DNA of 64,000 bases from Azolla caroliniana (lineage: Eukaryota > Plantae > Polypodiophyta), in assembly GCA_043228905.1 (NCBI GenBank), contig JBHGNT010000003.1:3286001-3350000 (forward strand). The letters run 5' to 3'. Made by a program: the position numbers and the translations under genes. Shown piece by piece: positions 48,601 to 59,916 of this stretch. Within the stretch, counting starts at the first letter, position 1. The number at the start of each line of letters is the position of its first letter. The notes below the pieces were generated by a model. The model ran no database searches and was not told where the DNA came from. It was given only the letters and a program-made list of their open reading frames with translations.

Positions 48601-51600
48601 GCATCCTGGTCTTACAAGATGCACCAGTACTTGCTTGGACATGGATACTGGAGTTATGTTGAAGGAGCGAATGATGCGGCACCCGACTCGGCACACAAGG
48701 ACTTCCCGGTATGGGAACAGGCGGCAAGCAGGGGATGTACTGCTTCGCGTCCAGTGTCGGCGATCAGCTGCTCAGCCACATCCGTGACGCCAAGACACCG
48801 AAGGATGCTTGGCGGAAACTTGAAAAAGGTTTTCGTCGCAAGCACCACTGCCCGAAAGTTGCAACTTAGACAGGAGTTGAGCAATGTTCGACAGAAGAAC
48901 ATGTTCGTGGCAGACTACACGGGCCGGATAAAGGAGATCTGCGACTCGCTCGCCTCTATCAATGTTACCGTAGAGGAAGACGAGATGGTGCAGGTATGTC
49001 TCACAGGCCTGGCGTCCAAGTTCGGAGCATTCCGGACTGCGGTGTGTACAAGGGAGAATACCCCCTCATTCTTCGACTTACAGTCGATGCTCCTTGTAGA
49101 GGAGAACCACGCCGGTGCATCTACTAGTGCATCCCCGGACAGTCGAATGTTGTACACGGGAACAGATCGGTTCCGTGGGCGTGGTGGAAGAGGTGGGTTG
49201 GCACGCAATGGAGGCGGCAGGCAAGAGCAGGAATGGAAGCACTATGAACGTGCCGACAGCAGTTCCGGGACTTCCACAAGCAGGGGGAGTCAAGGCAGTG
49301 CCGGAGGCCGGCAAGACAAATCCGCTACGGAATGCTGGTACTGTGGCAAAAAAGGCCACAGGGAAAGCGAGTGGTGGAGAAAGCGTGCCGATTCGGACAA
49401 GTCCGGATCCAGCAAGACCGGTAAGGATGGCCAACAAAACTCGCACTACGCAAACGGATCAGAAGGATCCGGAACCGGAAAGGCCGGTAAGGGGCCAGCC
49501 TTGGTGATGAATCACAAGGCAAACTCAATGAATAAGACCACTTCCAAAACGGAGGAAGTGTGGTATGTTGATTCCGGCGCGTCGAACCACATGACGAGCC
49601 ACAAAGAGTGGTTCTCCTTTCTGGAGAAACCAGATCAACCAGGAGTAGTCGAAACCGGAGACGACACTCCTCACCCAATCGTGCACATTGGAGAAGTCCC
49701 TCTAAGCCACGTCAGACAGAAAGGGAAGCTGATGAACGTATTACACATTCCGACAATCACGAAGAACCTGGTGTCCGTCGGTCAGATTGTCGACCAGGGG
49801 ATGCAGGTGCGGTTTACGCACCTCAGGTGCTTCATTGAGGATGAGGGCGAAGTCATTGCACAAGGGCGCAGAGACGGGAGGATGTTTATTCTCGACACCA
49901 ATGACTTTGGCACCGCTCTGTTCGCAAAACGACAGAAGGTCGAGTCGGACATCGACCTGTGGCACAAGCGGATAGGCCACGTCAACTATTGGAGGCTTCA
50001 AGATCTACAAACGAAACAAGTCGTTTTCGGTTTGCCGAAGTTCAGCGGCCGGAGAGCCGAAATTTGTGAAGCCTGCCAACTTGGGAAGCAACACCGGCTT
50101 CCATTCCACACCGAACGGAACCGGAGCCGTAACAAGCTCGATCTCATCCATTCGGATGTGTGGGGACCGACACAAAGTGTAAACCTTGGCGGGAGCCGAT
50201 ACTTCGTCTCCTTCATCGACGACTATACTTGGCATACTTGGATCTACCTCATTGAGCGGAAGAGTGAGGTCTTCGACTGTTTCCGGAGCCTCCAAAAGAT
50301 GGTGGAACAGGACGGAGAGGAAGATCAAATGCCTTCGGTCGGATGGCGGAAAGGAATATTTTTCCGGCCAATTCACTAGTTATCTGTAGCAGAAGGGAAT
50401 TCGGCGAGAGTTCAGCTGCAAATACACACCGGAGCAAAACGGTGTGGCCGAAAGGAAGAATCGGACACTCGTCGAAGCGGCAAGGGCAATGCTGGAGGAA
50501 AAGAGCATGCCCCGATTCTACTGGGCAGAGGCGGTTCAGACGGCCGTCTACATACAAAACCGCATTGGTGACAAGGTGTCAGCTCATGAGCTGTATTTCG
50601 GGCGCAAGCCGAACTTAAGACACCTTCGGATATTCGGCAGCATAGCGTATGTGCATGTGCCGGATCAGAAGCGGAGAAAGCTGGATGCAAAATCGGAAAA
50701 ATGCATCCTAGTCGGCTATGCTCAAGAGCAAAAGGGGTATAAGTGCTATAACCCCCGGACGAAGGAAGTCCGAGTTAGCCGGGATGTCGAGTTCGACAAA
50801 TCGGCATCCTGGTACTCCGTACCGACTCCGACTTCCGATCTCGACCCAATGCCAGAAGATCAGGCCAGTGAGCCTGAATCAGCCCTGGCAGAGGATGATG
50901 AAGCCGGGACTCAAGATGAGAGTCCGGAATCGTTTCGGTTGAGTGGACCGAACGAGCAACTGAGTCGGTTGGACCAGTCGGATGAAGAGACGACAAGTGG
51001 TGGAGACTCTGTCGTGCTCTCCCCGCGCAAGGAACCAAGGAAACGGTTCACGCGCAAAGAGAAGGGGAAGAGGAAGATGCCGGAATTCGAAACCGGCAAC
51101 GATGAGTCGGATCGGTGCGTATCCGACTCCGGAAAGGAGAAAGGCAGATCTTCGGCAATGAAGACCGAACTTGCCAAGAAGGGCCTCAAATCAGGTGACG
51201 GTGCGTTCCGCCGATCAACCCGTCAGAAGGATCCCGTCGTGTGGTACGGGTACAATGAATACATGGCGCATCATTATGCGTACATGACTAAGGTGACAGA
51301 AGTGCATGAGCCGGAGAGCTACGCAGAAGCGGCAAAGGACGCAAATTGGCGTGCCGCTATGGACGAAGAAATGCGGGCACTCGATGCCAACGAAACTTGG
51401 GACCTAGTTGATCCTCCCCGTCACTGTAAACCGATCAGATGCAAGTGGGTGTACAAGGTCAAGTACAACGCCGACGGTTCTGTTAACCGGTACAAAGCCC
51501 GGTTAGTGGCGAAGGGATACGCGCAGACCCACGGAATCGACTACGACGAGACCTTCGCTCCTGCGGCGAAGATGACGACGGTTCGTGTGGTACTGGCGGT

Positions 51601-51886
51601 TGCTGCGGCAAGGGGGTGGCATCTTCACCAGATGGATGTGAAGAACGCCTTCCTTCAAGGAGAGCTTGAAGAAGAAGTCTTTATGACTCAGCCCCCCGGA
51701 TTTCAATCGGAGATGAACAAATCGGCGGTATGCCGACTGAAGAAGTCGCTTTACGGCTTGAAGCAAGCCCCCCGAGCTTGGAACGCGAAGATCACGCACA
51801 GGTTGCGTCAACTGGGGTTTGCTGTCTCTAAGTCGGACTCTTCGTTGTTCAACCGGCAAGGCTCTGACAGTCCGGTATGTATACTC

Positions 51887-54800
51887 TGTTGGGATTACGG
51901 TCCCTTCTGATGGGATGGTCGGATGTCGGAGATGAATGCCGACAGGCCCGGTTTCGGTTTCGGATCCGGATGACGAAGACCCCGGCTTCGGTGCCGGATG
52001 ACGAATGTACCCGGAGACCGATCCGGATGCAGGGACATATCCGTGAATATGTTCGCTATGGGCCCCTGAGGCCACAGTTGTAAATAGCCCCAAAGTCATA
52101 TGTGTATAAATATGACTTAGGGCAAACTGTTTTGTTGTTGCTTCTCATTTTTCTGTTTTTCCACTCAAGAGGAGTGAAGAGGGAGCAGCCGTGAGACAGA
52201 GTGAGAGATAGAGCGCGAGAGAAGAAGAGGTAGACGCCTCTGTGTATTTCCGCCGCCTGTGGCGAGGACAGCGAGCTCAAGGTCGTCGCCTTGGAGCTCG
52301 TCATTGTATACTTCTCTTGTATAGTGTTGTTTGGAGTCTTGCACTCCCGTGGTTTTTCCCATCTAGGGTTTTCCACGTAAATCCCTGTGTACTCGTGTGT
52401 TTCTCTCTTTTGGTTTCTATTTTCTGCTGCATTGATCCGCGATTAATCGGTTGTGGCCGAGGGAAGAAGGTGAATCTAAGCGTTGATTCCCAACAAACTG
52501 GTATCAGAGCGACTGTTGCAGAAAATGGAAGGCGGCGGCAGCGGGCAGCCGATGATGATGGTGCTGAATGCGCAGAATTACGCCGACTGGAAGATCAAGA
52601 TGGAGGATCTTCTGATTGTTCGGGACCTGTACGAACCGATTGACAGGTCGGAAATACCGAAAGGGGTACTTGAGTCGGAGTGGAAGCTCCTGAACCGGAA
52701 AGCCGTAGCGACGATCCGACAATATGTCGATGTAAGCGTCCTACAACATGTGGCGAACGACACCAACGCACATGAGATGTGGAAGAAGCTGTCGGGCCTC
52801 TATGAGAGGAAGAATGTGTTGAACCGGACCTCCCTGATGAGGAAGATAGTGAATCTCAAGTACCGGGACGGCGAGAGTATGGTTGAACACGTAAGCACGT
52901 TCATGGGATTCGTGAATCAGCTTGCGGCGATCAAGTTCCCGTTGGAGGATGCAATGCAAGCCATCATCCTGATGTGTACATTGCCGGAAAGCTGGGAGAA
53001 CTTGGTGGTGACTCTCAGCACCTCGTGCACCGAAGATAACTTGTCCTTACAAACGGTAAAGACAAGTATTCTGAATGAAGAAGCGCGTCGGAGAGATAAG
53101 GAACCGGCCTCCGACCCGAAGATGCTGTTTACCGAATCGGATCGGGGAAGACAATGGAACCGGAGTCCGCAAAGACGGGAGAAGTCGGGGACCCGGTCGC
53201 AGTCAAGAGGAAGGCCCACATGCTTCCACTGTGGGAAGCCGGGGCACTTCCGAAAGAATTGTCGGCATTACCGAAAAGACAATGGAACCGACAACACCGA
53301 TTCGAAGAAGTCACCGGAGAGAAACGGTGCATACCGGGGAGCCACGGACCGGAATGGTTCAGATCGGCGAGGACAGGACCGGAAAGGAACGACGGCACTC
53401 GCGGCAAGTGAAGAGGAGATCATGCTCATCACCGAAGAAGGTGAACTAAACATTGCCGGCGATGAGACGACCTGGGTGGTCGATTCCGGAGCATCGTTCC
53501 ACCTGACCCCGGAGAGAAGATACTTCTCATCCTACACAGCCGGTGAGCATGGCTGTGTTCGGATGGGAAATGAAGGTACGTGCCGGATTTCCGGCATAGG
53601 AGACGTGTGGTTGACAACCCCGACCGGATGCAAAATGCTGCTGAAGGATGTCCGACACGTTCCGGAGGTTCGATTGAACCTGATTTCGGCCGGGAGGCTA
53701 GACGATGAAGGCTACACAGGTAGCATCCGGAACGGCGTAATGAAGTTCAGCAAGGGGAGCCTGATAGTGGCTCGGGCCCGGAAAGTCAACACACTGTACC
53801 TGATGAATGCCCGGTTATGTCCGGAAGAACTGAATGTGGCAGCCGACACTGCCGGTGAGCTGTGGCACAAGAGACTGTGCCACATGAGCGAGAAGGGGAT
53901 GAAGAGGCTTGCAGAAGACAACCTTATTCCAGTGAAGCATGTGCACCTGGAGAAGTGCACCGATTGCCTGGCCGGTAAACAGAACCGAACCTCCTTCCAC
54001 TCAAGGCCACCGACGAGACGTAGCGCACCATTGGAGTTGGTGCACACCGACGTGTGTCAGGTAGAAACGAAGTCACATGGCGGAGCGCAGTACTTCGTAA
54101 CTTTCATAGATGATCACAGCCGAAGACTGTGGACGGCACCGTTGAAGACAAAGGACCAAGTGTTGTGCGTCTTCAAAGAACTCCACGTGAGAGTGGAAAG
54201 GGAATCCGGCAAGAAGCTGAAAGCGATACGAGCGGATAACGGAGGGGAATACCGGGGGCAGTTCCAGGAGTACTGTCGCTCGAAGGGAATCCGGCTCGAG
54301 TTTACTGTGCCGAAGACGCCGGAACTGAACGGGCTGGCCGAGAGGATGAACCGGACCATAATGGAGAGGGTCCGGAGTATGCTGGCGCATGCGAAATTAC
54401 CCAAGGGGTTTTGGGCTGAGGCAATGTCGACGGCGACATACGTGATAAACAGATCACCCTCAGTGCCTTTGGATGGAGACACGCCGCAGAAAGTGTGGAC
54501 CGGTAAGGAAGTGTCCTACCGGCATCTGAAGGTGTTTGGGTGTCTCGCATACGTGCATGTGGCAAAGGACCGGAGAGGAAAGCTAGATCCGAAGACCCGG
54601 CCATGCATATTCCTCGGTTACGGCGACGACGAGTTCGGCTACCGAGTATGGGACCCGGTCGACAAGAAGATATTCAGGAGTCGAGACATCATCTTCATGG
54701 AGGACAAGACACTCGCCGACTGGGAGTCGGAGAAGAAGGTAAAGAGCTCCAAGTCGACCGGTGAGGATCAACTCTACGAGGAGCAGTCCCGACCGGCAAG

Positions 54801-57217
54801 GGACCGGTTAGCACTCGAGGATCCGGCCGAAGACGGTGAAGAAACAGAACCGGCCGAAGAAGATGAAAACGATACCGGAACCGGCCCCGATCCCGAAATG
54901 GATTCGGATGAAGAAGAATCGGAAGAACCGGTTACCGAAGCTCCGGAACGGAGATATCCTCTAAGGGAGAGAAGGGCCCCCCGGAGATTTCCGGAACCAG
55001 AGCACGTGCTGCTAACCGACGAAGGGGAGCCGGAGAGCTTTGAAGAAGCAAAGCATGACACCAAGAGCCGCAGGTGGTTGAGTGCCATGCAGGACGAGAT
55101 GGATTCCCTGCATGAGAACCACACATATGAACTTGTGGAGTTGCCGAAAGGAAAGCGGGCACTTCGAAACAAGTGGGTGTTCAAGCTGAAACCGGGAGAT
55201 GCCGGAAACCCCCCGAGATACAAAGCCAGGATCGTGGTGAAGGGGTTTCAGCAAAAGAAGGGCGTCGACTTCGACGAGATATTTGCCCCGGTAGTGAAGA
55301 TGACCTCCATCCGGACGGTGTTGAGCATAGCGGCAAGCATGGACCTCGAGGTAGAACAGATGGACGTGAAGACGGCATTCCTTCACGGTGACCTCGATGA
55401 AGAGATCTACATGCTACAACCGGAAGGATTCGAGAAGAAAGGGAAGGAGCACCTGGTATGCCTGTTGAAGAAGAGCCTTTACGGACTGAAGCAGGCTCCC
55501 CGGCAATGGTACCGGAAGTTCGACTCCTTCATGACCGACGAAGGGTACCTCAAAACGCAGTCCGACCACTGCGTGTTTGTGAAGAAGTTCGAAGGAGGAG
55601 ACTTTCTAATACTCCTCCTGTACGTGGACGACATGTTGATCGTCGGACGGGACCAGGTCAAGATACGGATGCTGAAGAAGGCTCTTCACCGAACCTTCTC
55701 AATGAAGGACCTGGGTCCGGCGAGACAAATACTAGGGATGCACATCATCCGGGACCGGAGGAAGAAGCAGTTGTGGCTGTCACAGGAGAAGTACGTGACG
55801 AAGGTGCTTCACCGGTTCAACATGTCGGAAGCAAGACCGGTCGGATCGACCCTCCCGACAAACTGCAAGCTGTCCAGCAAGCAAAGTCCCAAGACAAAGG
55901 CTGAAAAGGAGGATATGATGAAAGTGCCGTATGCCTCAGCCGTCGGGAGCTTGATGTACGCCATGGTGTGTACGAGACCGGACATCGGATATGCAGTCGG
56001 AGTGGTGAGCCGGTACATGAGCAATCCCGGCAAAGAGCATTGGAACGCGGTCAAGTGGATACTCCGATACCTGAAGGGCACGGCAAACGTGTGCCTCCGA
56101 TTCGGCTCCGGAAAGCCCGAACTCGACGGCTTTACCGATTCGGATATGTCGGCTGATGCAGATACCAGCCGGTCCACATCAGGGTATGTGATGACGTATG
56201 CAGGGGGAGCTGTTTCATGGCAGTCGAGGCTGCAGAAGACGGTTGCGCTGTCAACCACGGAGGCGGAGTACATGGCGGCTGTTGAAGCCGGCAAGGAAAT
56301 AATATGGATGAAGGACTTCATTAGAGAGCTCGGTATCCGGCAGGAGGAGTACCGACTCTACTGCGACAGTCAGAGTGCAATCCACCTTGCAAAGAACGCG
56401 GCCTATCACTCCCGGACGAAGCACATCCAGCGAAGATATCACTGGATCCGGGAAAGGATAGAAGACAAGGAGTTCGTGTTGACTAAGATCCACACGGACG
56501 AGAACGGGTCGGATATGCTGACCAAGGTCCTCACACCCGACAAGCTGGAAGCATGCCGGAAGAGGATCGGATTGGAGAGACATCCCATGCCGAAGTGAAG
56601 GGGGAGTTTGTTGGGATTACGGTCCCTTCTGATGGGATGGTCGGATGTCGGAGATGAATGCCGACAGGCCCGGTTTCGGTTTCGGATCCGGATGACGAAG
56701 ACCCCGGCTTCGGTGCCGGATGACGAATGTACCCGGAGACCGATCCGGATGCAGGGACATATCCGTGAATATGTTCGCTATGGGCCCCTGAGGCCACAGT
56801 TGTAAATAGCCCCAAAGTCATATGTGTATAAATATGACTTAGGGCAAACTGTTTTGTTGTTGCTTCTCATTTTTCTGTTTTTCCACTCAAGAGGAGTGAA
56901 GAGGGAGCAGCCGTGAGACAGAGTGAGAGATAGAGCGCGAGAGAAGAAGAGGTAGACGCCTCTGTGTATTTCCGCCGCCTGTGGCGAGGACAGCGAGCTC
57001 AAGGTCGTCGCCTTGGAGCTCGTCATTGTATACTTCTCTTGTATAGTGTTGTTTGGAGTCTTGCACTCCCGTGGTTTTTCCCATCTAGGGTTTTCCACGT
57101 AAATCCCTGTGTACTCGTGTGTTTCTCTCTTTTGGTTTCTATTTTCTGCTGCATTGATCCGCGATTAATCGGTTGTGGCCGAGGGAAGAAGGTGAATCTA
57201 AGCGTTGATTCCCAACA
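51887..57217 (+). mobile_element. Intact Tnt1/Tork-like copia D
   Basis: TSD TACTC at 51882-51886 and 57218-57222; 609-bp LTRs 51887-52495 and 56609-57217 with no difference seen; PBS 52499-52510; PPT GAAGGGGGAG. Confidence 0.98.
52525..56598 (+). CDS. Complete copia Gag-Pol polyprotein (1357 aa)
   Basis: Uninterrupted ORF: CCHC, DSGAS, HHCC/DDE integrase, YVDD, RNase H ending SDMLTK. Confidence 0.96.
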   Translation: MEGGGSGQPMMMVLNAQNYADWKIKMEDLLIVRDLYEPIDRSEIPKGVLESEWKLLNRKAVATIRQYVDVSVLQHVANDTNAHEMWKKLSGLYERKNVLNRTSLMRKIVNLKYRDGESMVEHVSTFMGFVNQLAAIKFPLEDAMQAIILMCTLPESWENLVVTLSTSCTEDNLSLQTVKTSILNEEARRRDKEPASDPKMLFTESDRGRQWNRSPQRREKSGTRSQSRGRPTCFHCGKPGHFRKNCRHYRKDNGTDNTDSKKSPERNGAYRGATDRNGSDRRGQDRKGTTALAASEEEIMLITEEGELNIAGDETTWVVDSGASFHLTPERRYFSSYTAGEHGCVRMGNEGTCRISGIGDVWLTTPTGCKMLLKDVRHVPEVRLNLISAGRLDDEGYTGSIRNGVMKFSKGSLIVARARKVNTLYLMNARLCPEELNVAADTAGELWHKRLCHMSEKGMKRLAEDNLIPVKHVHLEKCTDCLAGKQNRTSFHSRPPTRRSAPLELVHTDVCQVETKSHGGAQYFVTFIDDHSRRLWTAPLKTKDQVLCVFKELHVRVERESGKKLKAIRADNGGEYRGQFQEYCRSKGIRLEFTVPKTPELNGLAERMNRTIMERVRSMLAHAKLPKGFWAEAMSTATYVINRSPSVPLDGDTPQKVWTGKEVSYRHLKVFGCLAYVHVAKDRRGKLDPKTRPCIFLGYGDDEFGYRVWDPVDKKIFRSRDIIFMEDKTLADWESEKKVKSSKSTGEDQLYEEQSRPARDRLALEDPAEDGEETEPAEEDENDTGTGPDPEMDSDEEESEEPVTEAPERRYPLRERRAPRRFPEPEHVLLTDEGEPESFEEAKHDTKSRRWLSAMQDEMDSLHENHTYELVELPKGKRALRNKWVFKLKPGDAGNPPRYKARIVVKGFQQKKGVDFDEIFAPVVKMTSIRTVLSIAASMDLEVEQMDVKTAFLHGDLDEEIYMLQPEGFEKKGKEHLVCLLKKSLYGLKQAPRQWYRKFDSFMTDEGYLKTQSDHCVFVKKFEGGDFLILLLYVDDMLIVGRDQVKIRMLKKALHRTFSMKDLGPARQILGMHIIRDRRKKQLWLSQEKYVTKVLHRFNMSEARPVGSTLPTNCKLSSKQSPKTKAEKEDMMKVPYASAVGSLMYAMVCTRPDIGYAVGVVSRYMSNPGKEHWNAVKWILRYLKGTANVCLRFGSGKPELDGFTDSDMSADADTSRSTSGYVMTYAGGAVSWQSRLQKTVALSTTEAEYMAAVEAGKEIIWMKDFIRELGIRQEEYRLYCDSQSAIHLAKNAAYHSRTKHIQRRYHWIRERIEDKEFVLTKIHTDENGSDMLTKVLTPDKLEACRKRIGLERHPMPK

Positions 57218-57942
57218 TACTCTTGGATGTGGATGATTTAGTCATCACCGGATCGGGTCTTCCCGAAATCAACCGCGTCAAGTCCCAGTTGTCGGACGCA
57301 TTCGAAATGAAGGACCTGGGGGACCTTCATTTTTTTCTTGGGATCGAAGTGATCCGGACCCCTGCCGGCATATTGCTCTCACAATGACATTACGTGTTGA
57401 ATATGTTGTATAAGTTCGGCATGACGGATTGCCGACCTATCTCCACACCCCTAGACCGGAACCAGAAGCTTCGTCCCAACTCCGGACCGGCCTGCAATGA
57501 GAAACGGTTCCGACAGGTTGTCGGAAGCCTGATCTACTTAACCATCACCCGACCCGACATCAGCTATCCGGTCGGCATAGTAAGCCAGTTCATGCAGAAG
57601 CTGACCGTGGAGCACCTTCAGTGCGCGCAAGGAATATTACGGTATGTCCGCGGCACTAAGGACCGGGGACTGCTATACCGGCGAGGTATACCCGAAGAGC
57701 TTGTCGGTTACACAGATGCTGACTGGGCCGGCGATGCGTCTCATCGCCGCTACACCAAGCTGCTCAGATCGGACAAGTTGCAGCACTTTACCGACATGCT
57801 TGGTATTCAGCATCTCGACGTGCCGCACTTGAGGGGAAGAAGCAAGGGCAAAGTCTCTATCGAAATGGGCAAAGGCCAAAAAACTATTGAACCCGTCGGT
57901 ACGAGGAGAGCCAGAAGAAGAGGAGACAAGAAGATGAAGTAA

Positions 57943-58572
57943 GCCGAGTCGACGAAGGAAGTCGACACATCCGAACAGGTCGGAGCAAGCGGCTGTGAAG
58001 AAGAATTGTGCACTCAAGAAGAGAAGTGCATGCTGTGCGGAGGTCATCACGACGGTACTGACCATGATGCGGAGTCGAATGAAGAATTCGATTTCGGTTC
58101 ACCGGCTAAAGAAGCCGAGGGAAGCATGGCGAAGGCCAAGACTCAGAAGTGGTCCGATGTGGTGAGAGGCCTGAAGCCGGAAGTCGAATCGGAGTGTACC
58201 GATTCGGACAAGAGCTGGAATGAGTCGGAGACAGCTGACTCGGATCAACAGATGGATCCGGATGAGTCGGATCGACTGAAGGCCAAGGGGACACGGACAC
58301 AACGGAAGTCGATGCCATCGTGGGAGAACCGACGGATTGGCAAGCTCCGGAGTCACAGCAACGTGAGTGCTAAGATGGGCCTATTGAGCAGACATGCCGA
58401 CCGAGAGGATCGAGGCGCGCAGAACCAAAGGGGTCGCGGCAAACGGGACCGGACCAGACGAGGAGCGCGAGCAAGGCGGAGTGACGCCAGGAGAAGTCGG
58501 TTGGAAGAACCGACTGCCACAGAGGTCGACACTACGACCCCACCTCAGGTTGAGCTTGAGGGGGAGTGTTGA
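57943..58572 (+). CDS. Extra ORF / Pol extension of unknown function
   Basis: Open in the pol frame after TAA 57940-57942, running to TGA in the LTR; homologous to 20282-20791. Confidence 0.55.
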   Translation, partial: AESTKEVDTSEQVGASGCEEELCTQEEKCMLCGGHHDGTDHDAESNEEFDFGSPAKEAEGSMAKAKTQKWSDVVRGLKPEVESECTDSDKSWNESETADSDQQMDPDESDRLKAKGTRTQRKSMPSWENRRIGKLRSHSNVSAKMGLLSRHADREDRGAQNQRGRGKRDRTRRGARARRSDARRSRLEEPTATEVDTTTPPQVELEGEC

Positions 58573-58894
58573 GCGGCAAGCTCAACCGGAGCCGGATCGG
58601 CTGAATAAGCCGGAGCCGGTAAGCGAGACGGATCGAGCGAAACGGATCGGTATGACGGTGAGCAACCGAACCAGCAAGCAATGGAGGCCGGGTGCAATCC
58701 ATAACCGGAAGTCCAATCGGAAGCCTAGTATAGGATAGACTACTAGGTAGCTATAGTCTCGTAGTAAGTGTCAGATGCTCGTGTGAGCATTGAAGTACAT
58801 GGTACTTCTGTCAGTCCCAAGAGGACTTGTATAAATAGTGCTACTTAGCACAGTGTATATACAGAGTTTTGATATAATTTTGAAATTGCGTTCT

Positions 58895-58949
<55 letters not shown>

Positions 58950-59472
58950 TGTTCTCTGTTTTACGCTTCCGCAAACACTTACGTTCACACCGATCAACAC
59001 CAAGCACGGGTGGAAGATACGCGTGAAGATCGGCGACGTCGAGATAGATCAGCATTTCTTCGTGCAGGAGACTTCCTCGCACCCTGTAATTCTCGGCGAA
59101 CCGTACATTACGGTAGCACGCATGGAGACGAAAGTATTGGACAACAGTTCGGCGTATGCGCGCGTGAAGAGCCAAGACGGTCGGCATTCCGTCCAATTCA
59201 TGACAGTGCAACCCAACCATGAGCGAAACCGCGAGACCCTCAGTGGCGACAACTGAGGGGATTTTTAGAGAGGGCTATCAAGGCATGGGGCAGCAATAGT
59301 CCGAACACCCCAGAAGAACCCCACATATGTATTATAAGTAGGAAATTTTGGCTCTCCGAAAATGGAGGTTGTACGTTAACCGACATCAGTAGCCAAGAGA
59401 GGAAGCGGGTGGAGAGACGACTTAGGGTGTGTGGAGTCCTCTCCCCCGATGAAGAAATTAGCGGCGCCATGT

Positions 59473-59916
59473 AGGCGGTATCTTTTGATGACACCTTGGG
59501 CAAATTACGAAAGGTGGTCGGTGAAGGCCTTAGCAAAGACTGAACCGTTCCGGTTAGCTCGATTGGAATGTAAGAATTCATCGCGGACTTCGGGGAGAGG
59601 ATCGGGTCGGATCGAACGGCCCACGTGGACACGAAGTATAAGACTGTGGACCAGAAGGTGAGGCCAATTGTGGCACCCTTGCCGGAGGGCAACGAGGCGG
59701 TATCTTTTGACGACACCTTGGGCAAATTACGAAAGGTGGTCGGTGAAGGCCTTAGCAAAGACTGGACCGTTCCGGTTAGCTCGATTGGAATGTACGAATT
59801 CATCGCGGACTTCGGGGAGAGGATCGGGTCGGATCGAACGGCCCACGTGGACACGAAGTATAAGACTGTGGACCGGAAGGTGAGGCCAATTGTGGCACCC
59901 TTGCCGGAGGGCAACG
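59473..59916 (+). repeat. 222-bp in-frame tandem duplication in pol of element C
   Basis: AGGCGGTATCTTTTGA...GAGGGCAACG starts at both 59473 and 59695. Confidence 0.9.

Larger units (their letters stand above)
48047..58989 (+). mobile_element. Ty1/copia with Pol extension; defective (frameshifts, RNase H deletion at ~57750, nested insertion)
   Basis: TSD CCGAT at 48042-48046 and 58990-58994; LTRs 48047-48449 and 58567-58989; PBS TGGTATTAGAGC at 48450-48461. Confidence 0.96.

Noticed and set aside
53712-56583. Many antisense ORFs over copia and gypsy pol
   Set aside because: Shadow ORFs expected from GC-rich coding sequence; no independent motifs
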